Source: Verrucomicrobiota bacterium (GTDB lineage Bacteria; Verrucomicrobiota; Lentisphaeria; Lentisphaerales; Lentisphaeraceae). Taken from it: a stretch of 64,000 nucleotides of DNA. The notes under the pieces are model-generated. The model had not been told where the DNA came from. It saw only the letters and a program-made list of their open reading frames with translations, and searched no databases. Both the position numbers and the translations under genes were made by a program. The stretch covers positions 10,207 through 74,206 of the forward strand of contig JBDKFG010000013.1 of assembly GCA_039798785.1 (NCBI GenBank). The letters are read 5' to 3'. Below, piece after piece: positions 1 to 12,500 of this stretch. The stretch's first letter is position 1. The number at the start of each line of letters is the position of its first letter.

Positions 1-218
1 AAGGAGACGAGGCCGAGGTCGAGCTCGCTTTGAGTGAAAAATTTGCTGGTCTTGCCGTTGAGCGTGAAGTGGCCGCCCAAAACCTTGTCAACGATAAACC
101 GGCCGCCCGAAATCTTTTCGAAACGGGTCGCAACATCAAAGTTGGCGCTGTCCAGAACCGTGCTCTGGCCCTCGTTTATCAGGATGTTGTTGAAAGTCAG
201 CGTGGCAAGACTACTCAT
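1..218 (-). CDS. 5' end of a cadherin-like/CSPG-repeat secreted protein (partial, runs off the window start)
   Basis: Hand translation of the minus strand from ATG at 218 (GAGGAG RBS just upstream) gives MSSLATLTFNNILINEGQSTVLDSANFDVATRFEKISGGRFIVDKVLGGHFTLNGKTSKFFTQSELDLGLVS with no stop. This resembles the repeat GGHFTVDGVEAKVFTMADVAANKVDF in the 6096-aa protein. Confidence 0.8.
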   Translation of the reverse strand, partial: MSSLATLTFNNILINEGQSTVLDSANFDVATRFEKISGGRFIVDKVLGGHFTLNGKTSKFFTQSELDLGLVS

Positions 219-568
219 TTCGGCTTCTCCTCTAATTGACAAAGGATTGTTGGGTCCTGCTCAAGCCAGAGCTTGAGCCGGCGTTCGGCCCAGTTTAGCG
301 TATGTTCAAATGAAAGCAAATCTTGAATCGGTGGATTTCTGGCGATTCATGGAGAATCGGCAAAATCGGCTTGCCGAGTCGGGTGATGATTTCAGCTAGC
401 CGTTTTGGCGACCTGGCTAGGCCCCTGGGGATTTTTGCTGATTCTGTCGACTCCCGATAATTTTTTTCCGAGGCAAGACAAGCTGCTGATTGGGGGTTAA
501 CTTGCGCGGAAGCGTCTTGACTTGCGGACGCGTAGTTCACCAGAACCCCTTGCATTGCGGAGAACACC

Positions 569-3500
569 ATGGCTCTCGGAATCTCTCTGAATCTGAAGTT
601 GAAAGAAGGCGAAAAAGTCACTCTTGGGCAGCCCAGCTCAAAAGGCTCCACTGAGTTGACCTTCACTGGAGCGACTCCCATCCCCGGCACTGTGATCACC
701 GTCAGCGGCCTCTCCAACGGCAAGTTTTTCGTCAATGGTGTCGCCAAGTCCTCGTTCACCTACGCAGATTATCTTGCAGGCAAGGTGCAATTCGTCCACA
801 ACGGCTCGGAGTTCGCGCCGAAATTCACCCTCAGCGCCAAGATCGGCGGCTCCACCGTCAAGTTCATCCAGCCTGTCGATTCGGTTCATTTCGAGAATGT
901 CAACGATGCTGCAGTCGTGATTGCCAAGCGTATCGCCATCAAGGAAGGGGTTCTGACCACACTCAGCTCTAGCTCGCTTAGCATCAAAGACGCCGAGCAG
1001 ACTTCTTCGCAGCTGAAGATCACCCTGAAAAGCAGCGCCTTCGAGCACTATGAAATCTACAAGAGCGGCAGCTTGCTGTCCGATGAAGAAGGCAACAACA
1101 GCTTCACCTACGCCGATGTCGTCGCAGGCAAAATCAAGTTCCGTTTGATGGCGGGGCATTATGACAGCGCGACCAACATAGCCTTCACTGTCGATGACCA
1201 GACGGGGGCAAGCAACAGCCGAGTTGATGGTCACGTTCTGATCCAGCTCAAGACCGCCACAATCAATGTCAATAGCGCCCCGGTGGTCACACCCAGCGCC
1301 GAGAAGCTCAGCATGGCACTCGGTGGCTCCAGCCAGCTCCACGTGGATTCCTTCCCCACCGTTGCCGATGACCATGGAGCCCCTCCCGCAGGCTTGCTGG
1401 TCACCGTCACCAAGAGCGCTGGCGTCTACTTCACCATTCACGGCGTCAAAACTCCCACCTTCACTATGCAGGATGTCGCCGAAGGTCTGGTCTTCATCAA
1501 TCACGATCCGAAATGGACTGCCAGCCTCGACTTCACACTCAAATTCACCGATGACATGGGCAAAAGCTCGGTCACCTACAGCTCCAGCCAGCTCTTCCAA
1601 GGCGGCTTGAATCTCGATGAAATCATCGTCACCGGTGACGCAGCGATCGACAATGTCGTCGAGCACGGCTCGACTCTCTCCGGCGACCTTGACGCAGCAG
1701 TCGCCGCTCAACCCGGATTGACCTTCACCTACGTCCTCAAGACCGGAACCACCTACGGCACGGTCGTCATCACCGATCCCGCCACCGGCGCATTCACCTA
1801 CGTCAATGATGTCAATGCCGACACCGACAGCTTCGTCGTCACCATCACTGCTAGCAATGGCATGACGGTCGACCAGGTCGTGATCATCGACATCGTCCCT
1901 GAAAATCTCGCGCCCACGGCTCCCAATGTCTCCCTCACCATAGACGAAGATTCGGTCGCGGCGATCACGGTTCTCGGTTCTGACCCCGAAGGCGGCCCGG
2001 TTTCCTATTCGATCGAAACCTCGCCGGCTTCCGGTGTCGTCGTTGCCACCGATGCCAACGGTCATTTCAGCTACACCCCGGCCAGCAACTTCAATGGCAC
2101 CGACAGCTTCGTCGTCAGAATCCAAGATGCCGGTGGCAAATTCAGCACCGCCACCGTGACGGTGACAGTCGATCCGATCAATGACGCCCCGGTTTTCACC
2201 AGCCCTGCCAGCTACACGGTTGCCGAGGGTTCTCCCCTTAGCGGCACCTTGACCGCTACGGATCTCGAAAGTTCAGAATTCATCTATGCCGCCACCTCCT
2301 CGGGCCCCGTTCATGGCACTCTGTCGGTCTTGGAAAATGGCAGCTTCACCTACACTCCGGCAAGCAACTTTGCCGGCACCGACAGCTTTGTCGTCAGCGT
2401 CAGCGACGGCACAGACACCACCCTTCAGACCATCACTGTGACGGTGACTGACGACAATGCGGATGCCCCCACCGGCCTGCTCCTGACTCCTTCTGCCGTC
2501 CTCGAAGGCGCTGTCGGTGTCGATATCGGCACTCTCCTGGGCCTGGATCCCGACCTGAACAGCAGCTTCACTTATGAGCTGGTGAACACCGCCGGATCGC
2601 TTGAAATCGTCAACGGCAATCTTCTCAGACTCAAGTCGGGCATGTCCCTTGATAACACCTTGGACAATGGCAGCAGCGATCTGCTTTCGGTCCAGATCAA
2701 AGTCAAAGACGGCCAAAACCATGAATCGGTTCAAACCGTCAATATCAGCATTGCCGATGCCCTGCGCGGTCCTGTTTTCAGCACCACTGCGGTCACCACG
2801 GACGAGGACGTCATCATCAACGGCCAGCTGGTGGCCAGCCCAGCCGCTGGCGAGCTCGTTGGCGCAATCTCCTATTCCAAGGTCACCGGGCCTGCTCATG
2901 GCAACCTGACCGTCAATTCTGACGGCAGCTATGTCTACACACCGGCGGCCAACTACAACGGTGCCGACAGCTTCGTCGTTCGCGCCACCTCTGGCAGCGG
3001 TGCGGGCACTGTCAGCAGCACCCAGACCGTCAGCGTCACCGTCAATCCGGTGAATGATCTTCCCTCGCTCAGCGTCAGCTCCTTCAGCGTCCCGGAGAAT
3101 CTTGCCGGCGGCAGCACCATCGCCAATCTCCTTAGTACGGATGCCGATGCCAATGACACCGCCAGCTTCTATCTCTATTCTGATCTGAGCGGCAAGTTTG
3201 AAATCGTTGGCAGTGCGCTTCGCTTGAAAGCCGGCGAGAGCCTCGACTTCGAAAGCCAGAGCGTCTACAATCTGACTGTCAGGGTCAGCGATGGCAACGG
3301 CGATTCCGTCGATGTTGCTGTCGCCGTTCAGGTCACCAATGTCAACGAATCGCCGCTGGCGATCACCCTCACCCCCGAGCTTGCCGACAGCGCGACCGGC
3401 TTAGCCTTGGTCAACGAGAATCTTCTCGGCGGCGTGGTCGGCACCTTGAGCTCCACCGATGCTGATGGCTCCGGCGATAGCGCCAACCATGTCTACAGCG

Positions 3501-6500
3501 TCAATGACGCCCGCTTTGAAGTCGTCAACAAGGTTCTGAAGCTGAAGAGCAGCGCGGCGCTCGACTTCGAACTGACCCAAAGTCTTTCTCTGACCGTCAC
3601 AGCTACCGACCTCGGCGGATTGAGGACTTCGCAAAGCTTCACCATCCTTGTCGGCGATCAGGACGATCTGCCGCATGCCGATAAGCTGCAGTTGAATCTG
3701 GATGAACGGGTCCGCAATTCTGACGGCTCTTATGCGGTCGATGCGACCATGTTGCACGCCAGCATGGCCGGCAAAGTCGATTCCGCCATCGTCTTCAAGA
3801 TCACCAGCCTTCCTAACGCCTCGACCTACTTCCGTCTCAACGGCGTCAAGGTGGCTGAATTCACCCAGGCCGACGTCAATGCCGGCAAGGTCACCGTGGT
3901 GCTTGACGGCACTTCGATGCTCCCGGAAATCAAGATCTCCCTCGGTTATCGCGACCTCAGCGGTTCCGGCTTCGGCGCGATCGATTTCCTCCCTGTCGAG
4001 TTCACTTACGGAGCTTTCAACACCGCCACCCTACTCGATCTCAACTACGAGATCACCGGGACCGCGGCCGATGCCACTCTCGGTCAGAGCATTTGGGGCG
4101 ATGCCAACTACTTCCTCGTAGGCGCCAATGAATACCGCAACAGCAGCGGCGACTTCCCCGAAGACATCCTCATCGGCGACAACCAAAGCAGTGATGACCG
4201 CGCCGGCAACGTCCACGCGGAAACCCTCGATGGCAGCCGCGTCTCGGCCGCCGCCGTGCCCGGTGGCAAGTTCGTCGCCAAGATGAGCTTCTATGACGCC
4301 GCCGCCGCCGGATACCAGTACAACGCTGAATATCTCCTCAACGTCAACGGCGCCGCCGCCACCTTCTTCGCTCTGCCGGACTCCGCCACTCCCTACACCA
4401 ACGGCGGTTCCTACTCCATCACGGGCGCAAGCGTCACCGCCGCCAATGCAGGCGACTTTGACAAGCGCGGCCTCAACGACCTGATCATCGCCGACTCAAA
4501 AGCCGATGTCGCCGGCACCGACGGCGTGGTTCGCACCGATGCTGGTGGCGCCTTCCTCGTCTGGGCCGAAGGCAACACCGCTGGTGCTGGTGCCGCCAAC
4601 ACCCTGGCCTTCGTCGCCAACAAGACTGATAAATCCACCCACGTCCAGATTCTCGGGGCCAAAGCCGGCGACCAGACCGGCGCCGCCCTGGCCGGCAATC
4701 TCGACATGAATGGCGACGGCTTCTCCGAGCTGGCCATCACCGCTCCGATGTTTGATTCCGCCGTGTCTGCCGATGTCGGTGCCGTCTATCTCCTCCGTGG
4801 CTCGTCTGTGACTCCCACTATCGACCTCGCCCAAGGTCTCGGCAGCAACGGCATCCGCATCATCGGTGCCGAAGCCAACGGCCACATCGGCAACATCCTC
4901 CTGAGCGGCAACTACGATCGCAACTTCAATCTGGCGACCGCAAACGATCGTTACGGCGACCTTCTCATCGCCGCCAAGGACGTCGATGGCAGTGTCTCCG
5001 GCCAGGCGGAGCGCACCGACTCCGGCGAAGTCTATCTCGTCTGGGGCAGCAACAGCGTCTACAACGCCGACATCAAGCTGGACAGCACCTTCACCGGTCT
5101 CCGCATCGTCGGCGCCAAGGCGGGAGACGCCTTGGGTTCTTCGATGATCAATGCCGGCGATCTGAACGGCGACGGCTTCCAGGATCTCTTCATCGGCGCC
5201 AGCGGCGTCGATATCGGCGGCAAGTCCAATGCCGGTGCCGTCTATGTCATCTGGGGCGGAACTCACCTCAAGACTGCCGGCAAGGTCATCGATCTCGCCA
5301 AGCTCGACAGCAGCGAAGGATTCGCCATCTACGGCGAAGCCGCCGGCGACCTCTTCGGCAGCACCATCGCTCTCGGCGGCGACCTCAATGACGACGGTGT
5401 CCAGGAACTCCTCGTCGGCGGCCGCAACAACGGCAATGCCAATGATGGCAAAGTCACCGTCATCGATGGCGCGCTCTTGAAAGCCATCGGCAAAGGCGCT
5501 GCCAGCGGCCACGCCCTCAGCTATGCCGGCGACAGCCAGGACAACACCTTCGCCTACGACGCTACCACCGACTATCTCGTCGGCGCCCAAGGCCGCGGCG
5601 GCTTCGACACCCTGGCCATCACCGGCAGCAATGCCGATGTCACGATTCAGCGCTTCAATCTCTCCGGCATCGACCTCATCGATCTCAACGCCGAGGGTCG
5701 CCAGAGCGTCACTCTCGACCGCCGCGATGTGGTCCAGATCGGCGATGGCTTCGACATCAACTCCTACTCGCTTTACCTCGACTCTCTCGCCAGCCAGCAG
5801 GCTGCAGGCGGAGCCATCGTCATCCCCGAGGATCATTTCTCCACGGCTTTGCGCATCAACCGAGCCGCGGCTGACGGAGTCAATCTCCAGAGCTTCCATC
5901 GCCTCAGCTACATCGACAACAGCAACAGCGCCGTCAATGTCACCCAGGTCTTCGATGGCATCACCTACGATGTCTACCAGAGCGATACTGACGAGTTCGC
6001 CATCGTGCTCATCCAGCAGCTCCCGCCCAATCACGCCCCCAGCGATCTCTCGCTCTCGCCAGCCAGTGTCAACGAAAACGTCAACGTCGACACTCTCATC
6101 GGCACTCTGAGCGCGACCGACATTGACGCCGGCGATGCACATACCTTCACCGTCACCGACTCGCGCTTCGAAATCCGCAACGGCAACCAGCTTTGGCTCA
6201 AAGCCGGCAACGCCTTTGACTTCGAGTCCACCCCGAGTGTCAGCCTCCAGATCACCGCCACCGACGTCGGCGGCTTGAATGTGACCAAGACCATCAGCGT
6301 CGCCGTCAATGACCAGTTCGAGCGTTCCGTCCTGAAAAACAAATTCGAGCTGGTCATCGATGAACGGATCAATGCCCTTGGCGAGGCCTACGCGGAAGTC
6401 GTCGTCACCACCGAGATGCTCAACCTCAGCGCCAACGGGGTTGCTGATCTCAGCACCATCCTGGTCCGGGTCGATTCGGTCGTCGGCGGTCGTTTCGTCA

Positions 6501-9500
6501 ATGGCACTGTCAATAGCGCGACTTCCTTCACCATGAAGGATGTCGTCGACCAAAAAGTCAAATTCATTACGGATTTGAGCGGACGCGTCCCTGAGATCAT
6601 GGTCTCCCTCGGCGTCGCGGGCCAGGCCTTCGAGGTCTCGACCCATCTGCCCTTGCAATATTCGCCGGTCAACTACAGCTTGACCAACGCTCTCGACTCA
6701 AACTACAAGATCATCGGAACGAATAAAAACATCACAATCACCAACGGCCAAACCGAGTGGGACGGCACCGTAAACCCTGCCAACAGCACCATCATCTGGG
6801 CGTCGAATTCGGTCTTGATGATCGCCGGCCTCGCCTACAACAGCGGTGCCGACTTCCCCGAAGACGTGGCGCTCTTGGATAACTGGGATGACGATATGCG
6901 TATCGACCCCGAAGGCACCATTCTCTTTGATCTGCTTGACAGTGGTCGTATCAATACCGTAAATCCCTCGCCACTGCGCGATCTCGACACTTCGATCGGC
7001 ACCCCGATCACCCAGATGCAGTTCTTTGATGGCCCGGCCCAAGGCATTCAATACCGCTCGACTTTCGATATTTACATGACCGAAAGCAAAATTGCCTTCA
7101 AAGGCGATATCAACTACGACAATGTCCTCGATGCTACCGAATACTGGCAGTTGGTGAGTCCCGATCCCATGGTTCACGACTATGTCGACTTCACCAACGC
7201 CAACGGCTTCACCTTCAGCTCGGTGGCCAGTGCCGGCGACTACGATAAACGCGGCTTGAACGACATGGTGATCGGCCTGAAAAACGCCGACTTCACCGGT
7301 CGCGCCGATGCTGGTGGCGCCTTCCTGGTCTGGTCCGAAGGCAATTATGCCCCGGATTTCACCGATGCCGATGATGGTTACACACTTCAGTTCGATAACC
7401 CGATGACCACCGATACTTGGGTCTTCGATCGCGACACTGAGCAGCCCAAATTCGTCCTCAGCTATGTCCAAATTCTTGGTGCGACCGCTGGCGATGCCGC
7501 CGGTACCGCCGTGGCCGGGGGTGACATGGACAGAGACACCTTCAGTGATGTTGCCATCAGTGCTCCCGGATTCGGCGCCAATGACGCCGGCGCCGTCTAT
7601 CTCCTTCGCGGCCGCTCGGTCACCAGCACCATTGACCTCGCCAACCTCAATTCCTCTATCGGCATCAAGGTCACCGGCGCCAACGCAGGTGATCAGATCG
7701 GTACCAGCTTGGCAAGCGCCGACTTCGATGGCGACGGTCGCCAAGACCTCGCCATCGGTTCGAGCTTCGTCGACGGCAGCCGCAACGGCATCGCTCTCTC
7801 CGATGCCGGGGAAATCGACATCGTCTGGGGCCGCGACAATCTCTTCACCACCGGCGACATCAATCTCGGCACCGGCTTCACTGGCACCCGGATCACGGGC
7901 GGTTCTGCCAATGACCAAGTCGGCAAAACCCTCTTCCTTTACGACATTGATGGCGATGGCAGCCAAGATCTGATCATCGGCTCGCCGAATGTCGATGCCG
8001 CTGGCCTTGTCGATGCCGGCGCGGTTTATATCATCTGGGGCGGCGCCGCCCTGAAAAACACTTCGCGTATCGACCTTGCCAATCTCACCGTCGATCAGGG
8101 CATCGCCATTTACGGATCCAAGGCTGGTGACGCCATCGGCACCAAGGTGGTCTTCGGTTCCGATCTCAACGGCGACAACTTCAAAGAGCTGTTGATCAGC
8201 GGCAACGACCAGGTGCATGTCTTCGACGGCGCCCTCATCGACGCGATCCGCTACAACGGCGCAGGCGTTCATGACAGACCGGTCTTCTATTCCGGCCAAG
8301 AGCAGCAGCTCGGCACCTACTACGGCGACAACACCTTCAGTGTCAACACCGACACCGACTACCTCGTCGGCATGGACGGCCGCACCGGCGAAGACACTCT
8401 CGCCATCAATGGCCTGAAGACCTTCACCGTCTCCCGCTTCAACCTCGACGGCGTCGAGGTCCTCGACCTCGTCCAACGCGAAGGCAGCGGCCTGCCCTCC
8501 GTCCTCGATTCCCAGACCAAGCAGACCCTGGTCATCGATCGCCGCGACCCGGTCGACCTCATCGACTCGGAACGCCAGATCGCCATGGTCAATGCCTACT
8601 CCGACTTCATCCGCAGCGGCAGAGTCGGTGCCGACTTCTCCTCCTGCCTGCGCATCAACCGCACGGCTCAGGACGATGTCATCAGCAGCGACTTCTTAGG
8701 CACCCCCCATCTTCTCGAAGTCGGTCAGCAGACCCAGTTCCAAAAGCTGCTTGACGTCAACAACAATGTCGTCACCCAGCAAGTCGGCGCCACCGTCTAC
8801 GAAGTCTGGCAGAGCACCTCCGACGCTCAGTCGCTCGTCCTGATGCAGCGCCTCTCCGACATTCTGGGCATCACGCTCACCGGCAACACCGTGACTGAAA
8901 ACGTCGATGGTGCGCCTTACAACCCCGCTCTTCCCCTTCCTCAGCCTGGAGTCATTGGCACCGTCAACGTCCTCGACAATGATGCTGATGACTCGTGGAC
9001 CTTCAGCATCGCCGCGCCCTATGACGCCAAGTTCGAAATCGTCACCACCGGCAGCGTCGGCCATTGGGTCCACACCCTGAAGCTGAAGGACGGCGTCCAC
9101 CTCAACTTTGAGCAAGACCCGAGCATTCTGATCACCATCACGGCCACCGACCGCCAGGGTCATGTCAAAGCCGAAAGCTTCACCATCACCGTCATCGATG
9201 TCCCGGCTGATATCACCGTCGCCAACCTCGTCATCCCCGAGAATGTCGATGGCGCCCTGATCAGCGCTTTGACCTTCACCGACCCGGATCACATCGCCGA
9301 CATCGCCTCGGTCACCGTCAGCGACTCGCGCTTCACCGCGGTCAAGAACGGCAATGTCTGGGAGCTCAAGCTCAAACCCGACGTCCGCTTCAATCGCGAA
9401 ATTCTCAATGAACTGGATCCTAACGACGTGCCGGGCGGCGATAAGTGGGATGACGCCATCAAAGGCGTCCAAATCACCGTCACCGACACCGACGGCAAGA

Positions 9501-12500
9501 CCTTCACCAAGAGCTTTGACTTCACCATCCAGGATAGCGACTCGGGCATCGTCGAGAACTTCCTCGGTGCCATGGTCAGCACCTTGGATCTTGCCGCCTT
9601 CGAGATTCCAGTAGGCAAGACCATCCTGGCGGTCACCGTCAACGACAATCGTTTTGAAGTCAAGCAGGATACTTCCGGCAATTACTACCTCACGCTCAAG
9701 GCGGCTTATTCGCTCAATTTTGAGCTTGAGCCTAGCGTGACTTTGAATATCCAGGTCACCTTGAATGATAACACCGCCATCACTCGCAAATACACCTTTG
9801 ATGTCGATGATGTCAGCACCTTGATGACGTCTACCGGCAACACCATCGTCGAGAATGTCCTCGGCGCCGTCGTCGGCAATCTTGATTTTGTCGATCCTCT
9901 GCTGGCGAACGTTCAGTCCGTTACGGTCAATGACAGCCGCTTCGAGGTCATCGAGTCGCGCGGCAAGTACATTTTGAAACTCAAAGACAACATCGCCTTG
10001 AACTACGAGGCGCTGGCGCCCAATTACAAGGTCAACCTGCTGATCTCGGTCACCGACAAGGACGGCAAGGTTCATAGCAACTTGCCCTTGGTTGTGGATG
10101 TCACCGACGTCAACGAAGCTCCTTATGACCTGCAGTTCAGCAATCTCTCGGTTGTTGAAAATGCCGTTGCCGCCACCATTGGCACCATCACCGTCAAGGA
10201 TCCCGATGCCAGCGACATCTGGACCTTCACCGTGGGCGACAACCGCTTTGAAGTGGTTTACAGCGGCGGCGTGTATAGCCTCAAGCTGCGTGACGGCATT
10301 TCGCTCGACTATGAGCGCGAACAAAGCGTCACCTTCGATGTCGTGGTCAAGGATCTCGGCGGCGCCGCTGGCGGCTTCAGCTACAGCGAAAGCATCACCG
10401 TGAATGTTACCAATGTCCTCGAAACTGCGGTCAGCAAGGACAAGTTCTACCTCAAGGTGAATGAGCGCGGCAACGGCGGGGTCATCGATGTCACCACCGA
10501 TATGATCGATCTCTCCTCGGGCGCGACGGCTGATGACAAGATCGTCATCCGTGTCGATTATTCTCAGGGTGGGCATTTCACCGTCGATGGCGTCGAGGCC
10601 AAGGTCTTCACCATGGCCGATGTCGCTGCCAACAAGGTCGACTTCGTCACCGATCTCAGCGGCCGCGTGCCGAATATCAAATTGTCGCTGGGCGTCACCA
10701 CCAGCACTGTGGAAGCCGCCGTCTTTGAGGCCGGTATCCATCTGCCGGTGGAGTACCGCCCCCTCAACTACAGTCTCGGCAACGAGTGGGACCTCAACTA
10801 TGTGGTCACCACCGCGCAGCCCACCTTCGGCGCTCCGCTTGGCGCGCCGGTCACCACCCCGCCCAACACTCCCTATGACACCCCGGTCTATTCGGAGACT
10901 TGGACTGCCTTCAGTGGTGAAATCACCGTCGATGACCCCGATAACGCAGCTCGAGCCGGTTCGAAATGGGACCTCTACACCTTGGATGGTGTCGCGGCTG
11001 GAACCACGATGGCGATTTACATCCGTCACGGCAGCCTCTTCGACCCCTGGGTGCAGGTGACTGATGCAGCTGGCAATGTGATTGTCGAGGATGATGACAC
11101 AGGTGCCGGCAACATCGAAGGGACCTACGATGGTGTCAACCCCGACAACCAGACTTACGATGCCTATGTCACCTTCGACTACCAGCCGGGTATGATTGTG
11201 CGTGCCACGACTTTCCGCGACTGGGATGCCGTTTCCGTCCCCGGCGCTCGCTCGGGTCTCGGTACCTACACCCTCTACACCTCCGCCGGTGAGTTCATTG
11301 TTTATGAGCCGGTCAACAATGCACCGGTGCCCGGAATCTGGGCCAACAGCAGCGCATTGGTGATCAACAGCATGGCCTACAACGTCCAGGCAGACTTCCC
11401 CGAGGATGTCACCGTCTGGGATAACATCGATAACGACAACCGCAGCGGCAACATCCATATCGACAGCCTCGATAGCGCCCGCGCCTCGGCGGTTACTATT
11501 CCCAACGGTAAGGCGATTGTCGACATGGCCTTCTTCGACGGTCCTGCTGCCGGCGTCAATTCCAATGCCGATTACACCGTCTACTTCAGCGCCGACACCA
11601 TCACCCTGCGTGCTGACATCAACTACAACGGCGCTGTCGATGTCGGAGAGGATGCTGTCAACCGCTTGCTCACTGGCGGCGGCTTCACTTCGGTGGCCAA
11701 TGCTGGCGACTTTGACAACCGTGGTCTCGACGAGATCCTCGTTGGCCGTTCCGGTGCCACGGTGGACGGGCGCGAGGGCGCGGGCGGTGCCTTCCTGGTC
11801 TGGGCCGAAGGCAAAGCCGCTGCCGATTACGCCTTGAATTTTGCTGATCCGATCACTACTGACGAGACCCAATATGTGCAGATCATCGGCGCCAATGCCG
11901 GCGATGCTGCAGGTACGGCTGTCGCCGGAGCGGGTGACGCCAACTTCGACGGATTCGATGACATCTTGATCAGTGCCACTGGCTTCGACGTCGGCGGCAT
12001 GGCCAATGCCGGTGCAGTCTATCTCTTGAGTGGCCTCTCGGTGCGCGCCACCATCGACCTTGCCGATCTCTCTCGCAATACCTTGACAAACAGCACTGGC
12101 ACTGGCATCCGCATCCTCGGCGGCACCGCCAATGATGCCATCGGCGACAAGCTGGCCTCCGGAGACTTCGACGGTGACGGTTACAGCGACTTTGTGGTCG
12201 GCGGCAGCTCACTGGATGGCACCCTTTATCGCGATGCCAACCACAACATCGTCAGTCGCGAGAATTCGGTCTACACTGACGAGCGCAGTAACTCCGGTGA
12301 GGTTTATCTCATTTGGGGCAAGCAGGATATCTTCAGTTCGGGCGACATCAGCCTGGCCCCTGGATTCGAGGGCACTCGCGGCATCCGCATCGTCGGTGCA
12401 GCCAAGGACGACCAGCTCGGCACCGTGATGAAAAACATCGGCGACATCGATGGCGACGGTCTGGATGATCTCCTGATCAGCGCCACAGGTTTCGATGCTC

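Noticed and set aside
219..568. Sigma54 promoter or c-di-GMP riboswitch upstream of the adhesin
   Set aside because: The GG-N10-GC spacing is off by one at 472-486, and riboswitch consensus elements are not recognisable.
30..759. Short ORFs 30-239, 34-276 and 295-759
   Set aside because: They overlap better-supported genes on the opposite strand or promoter DNA; no motifs.
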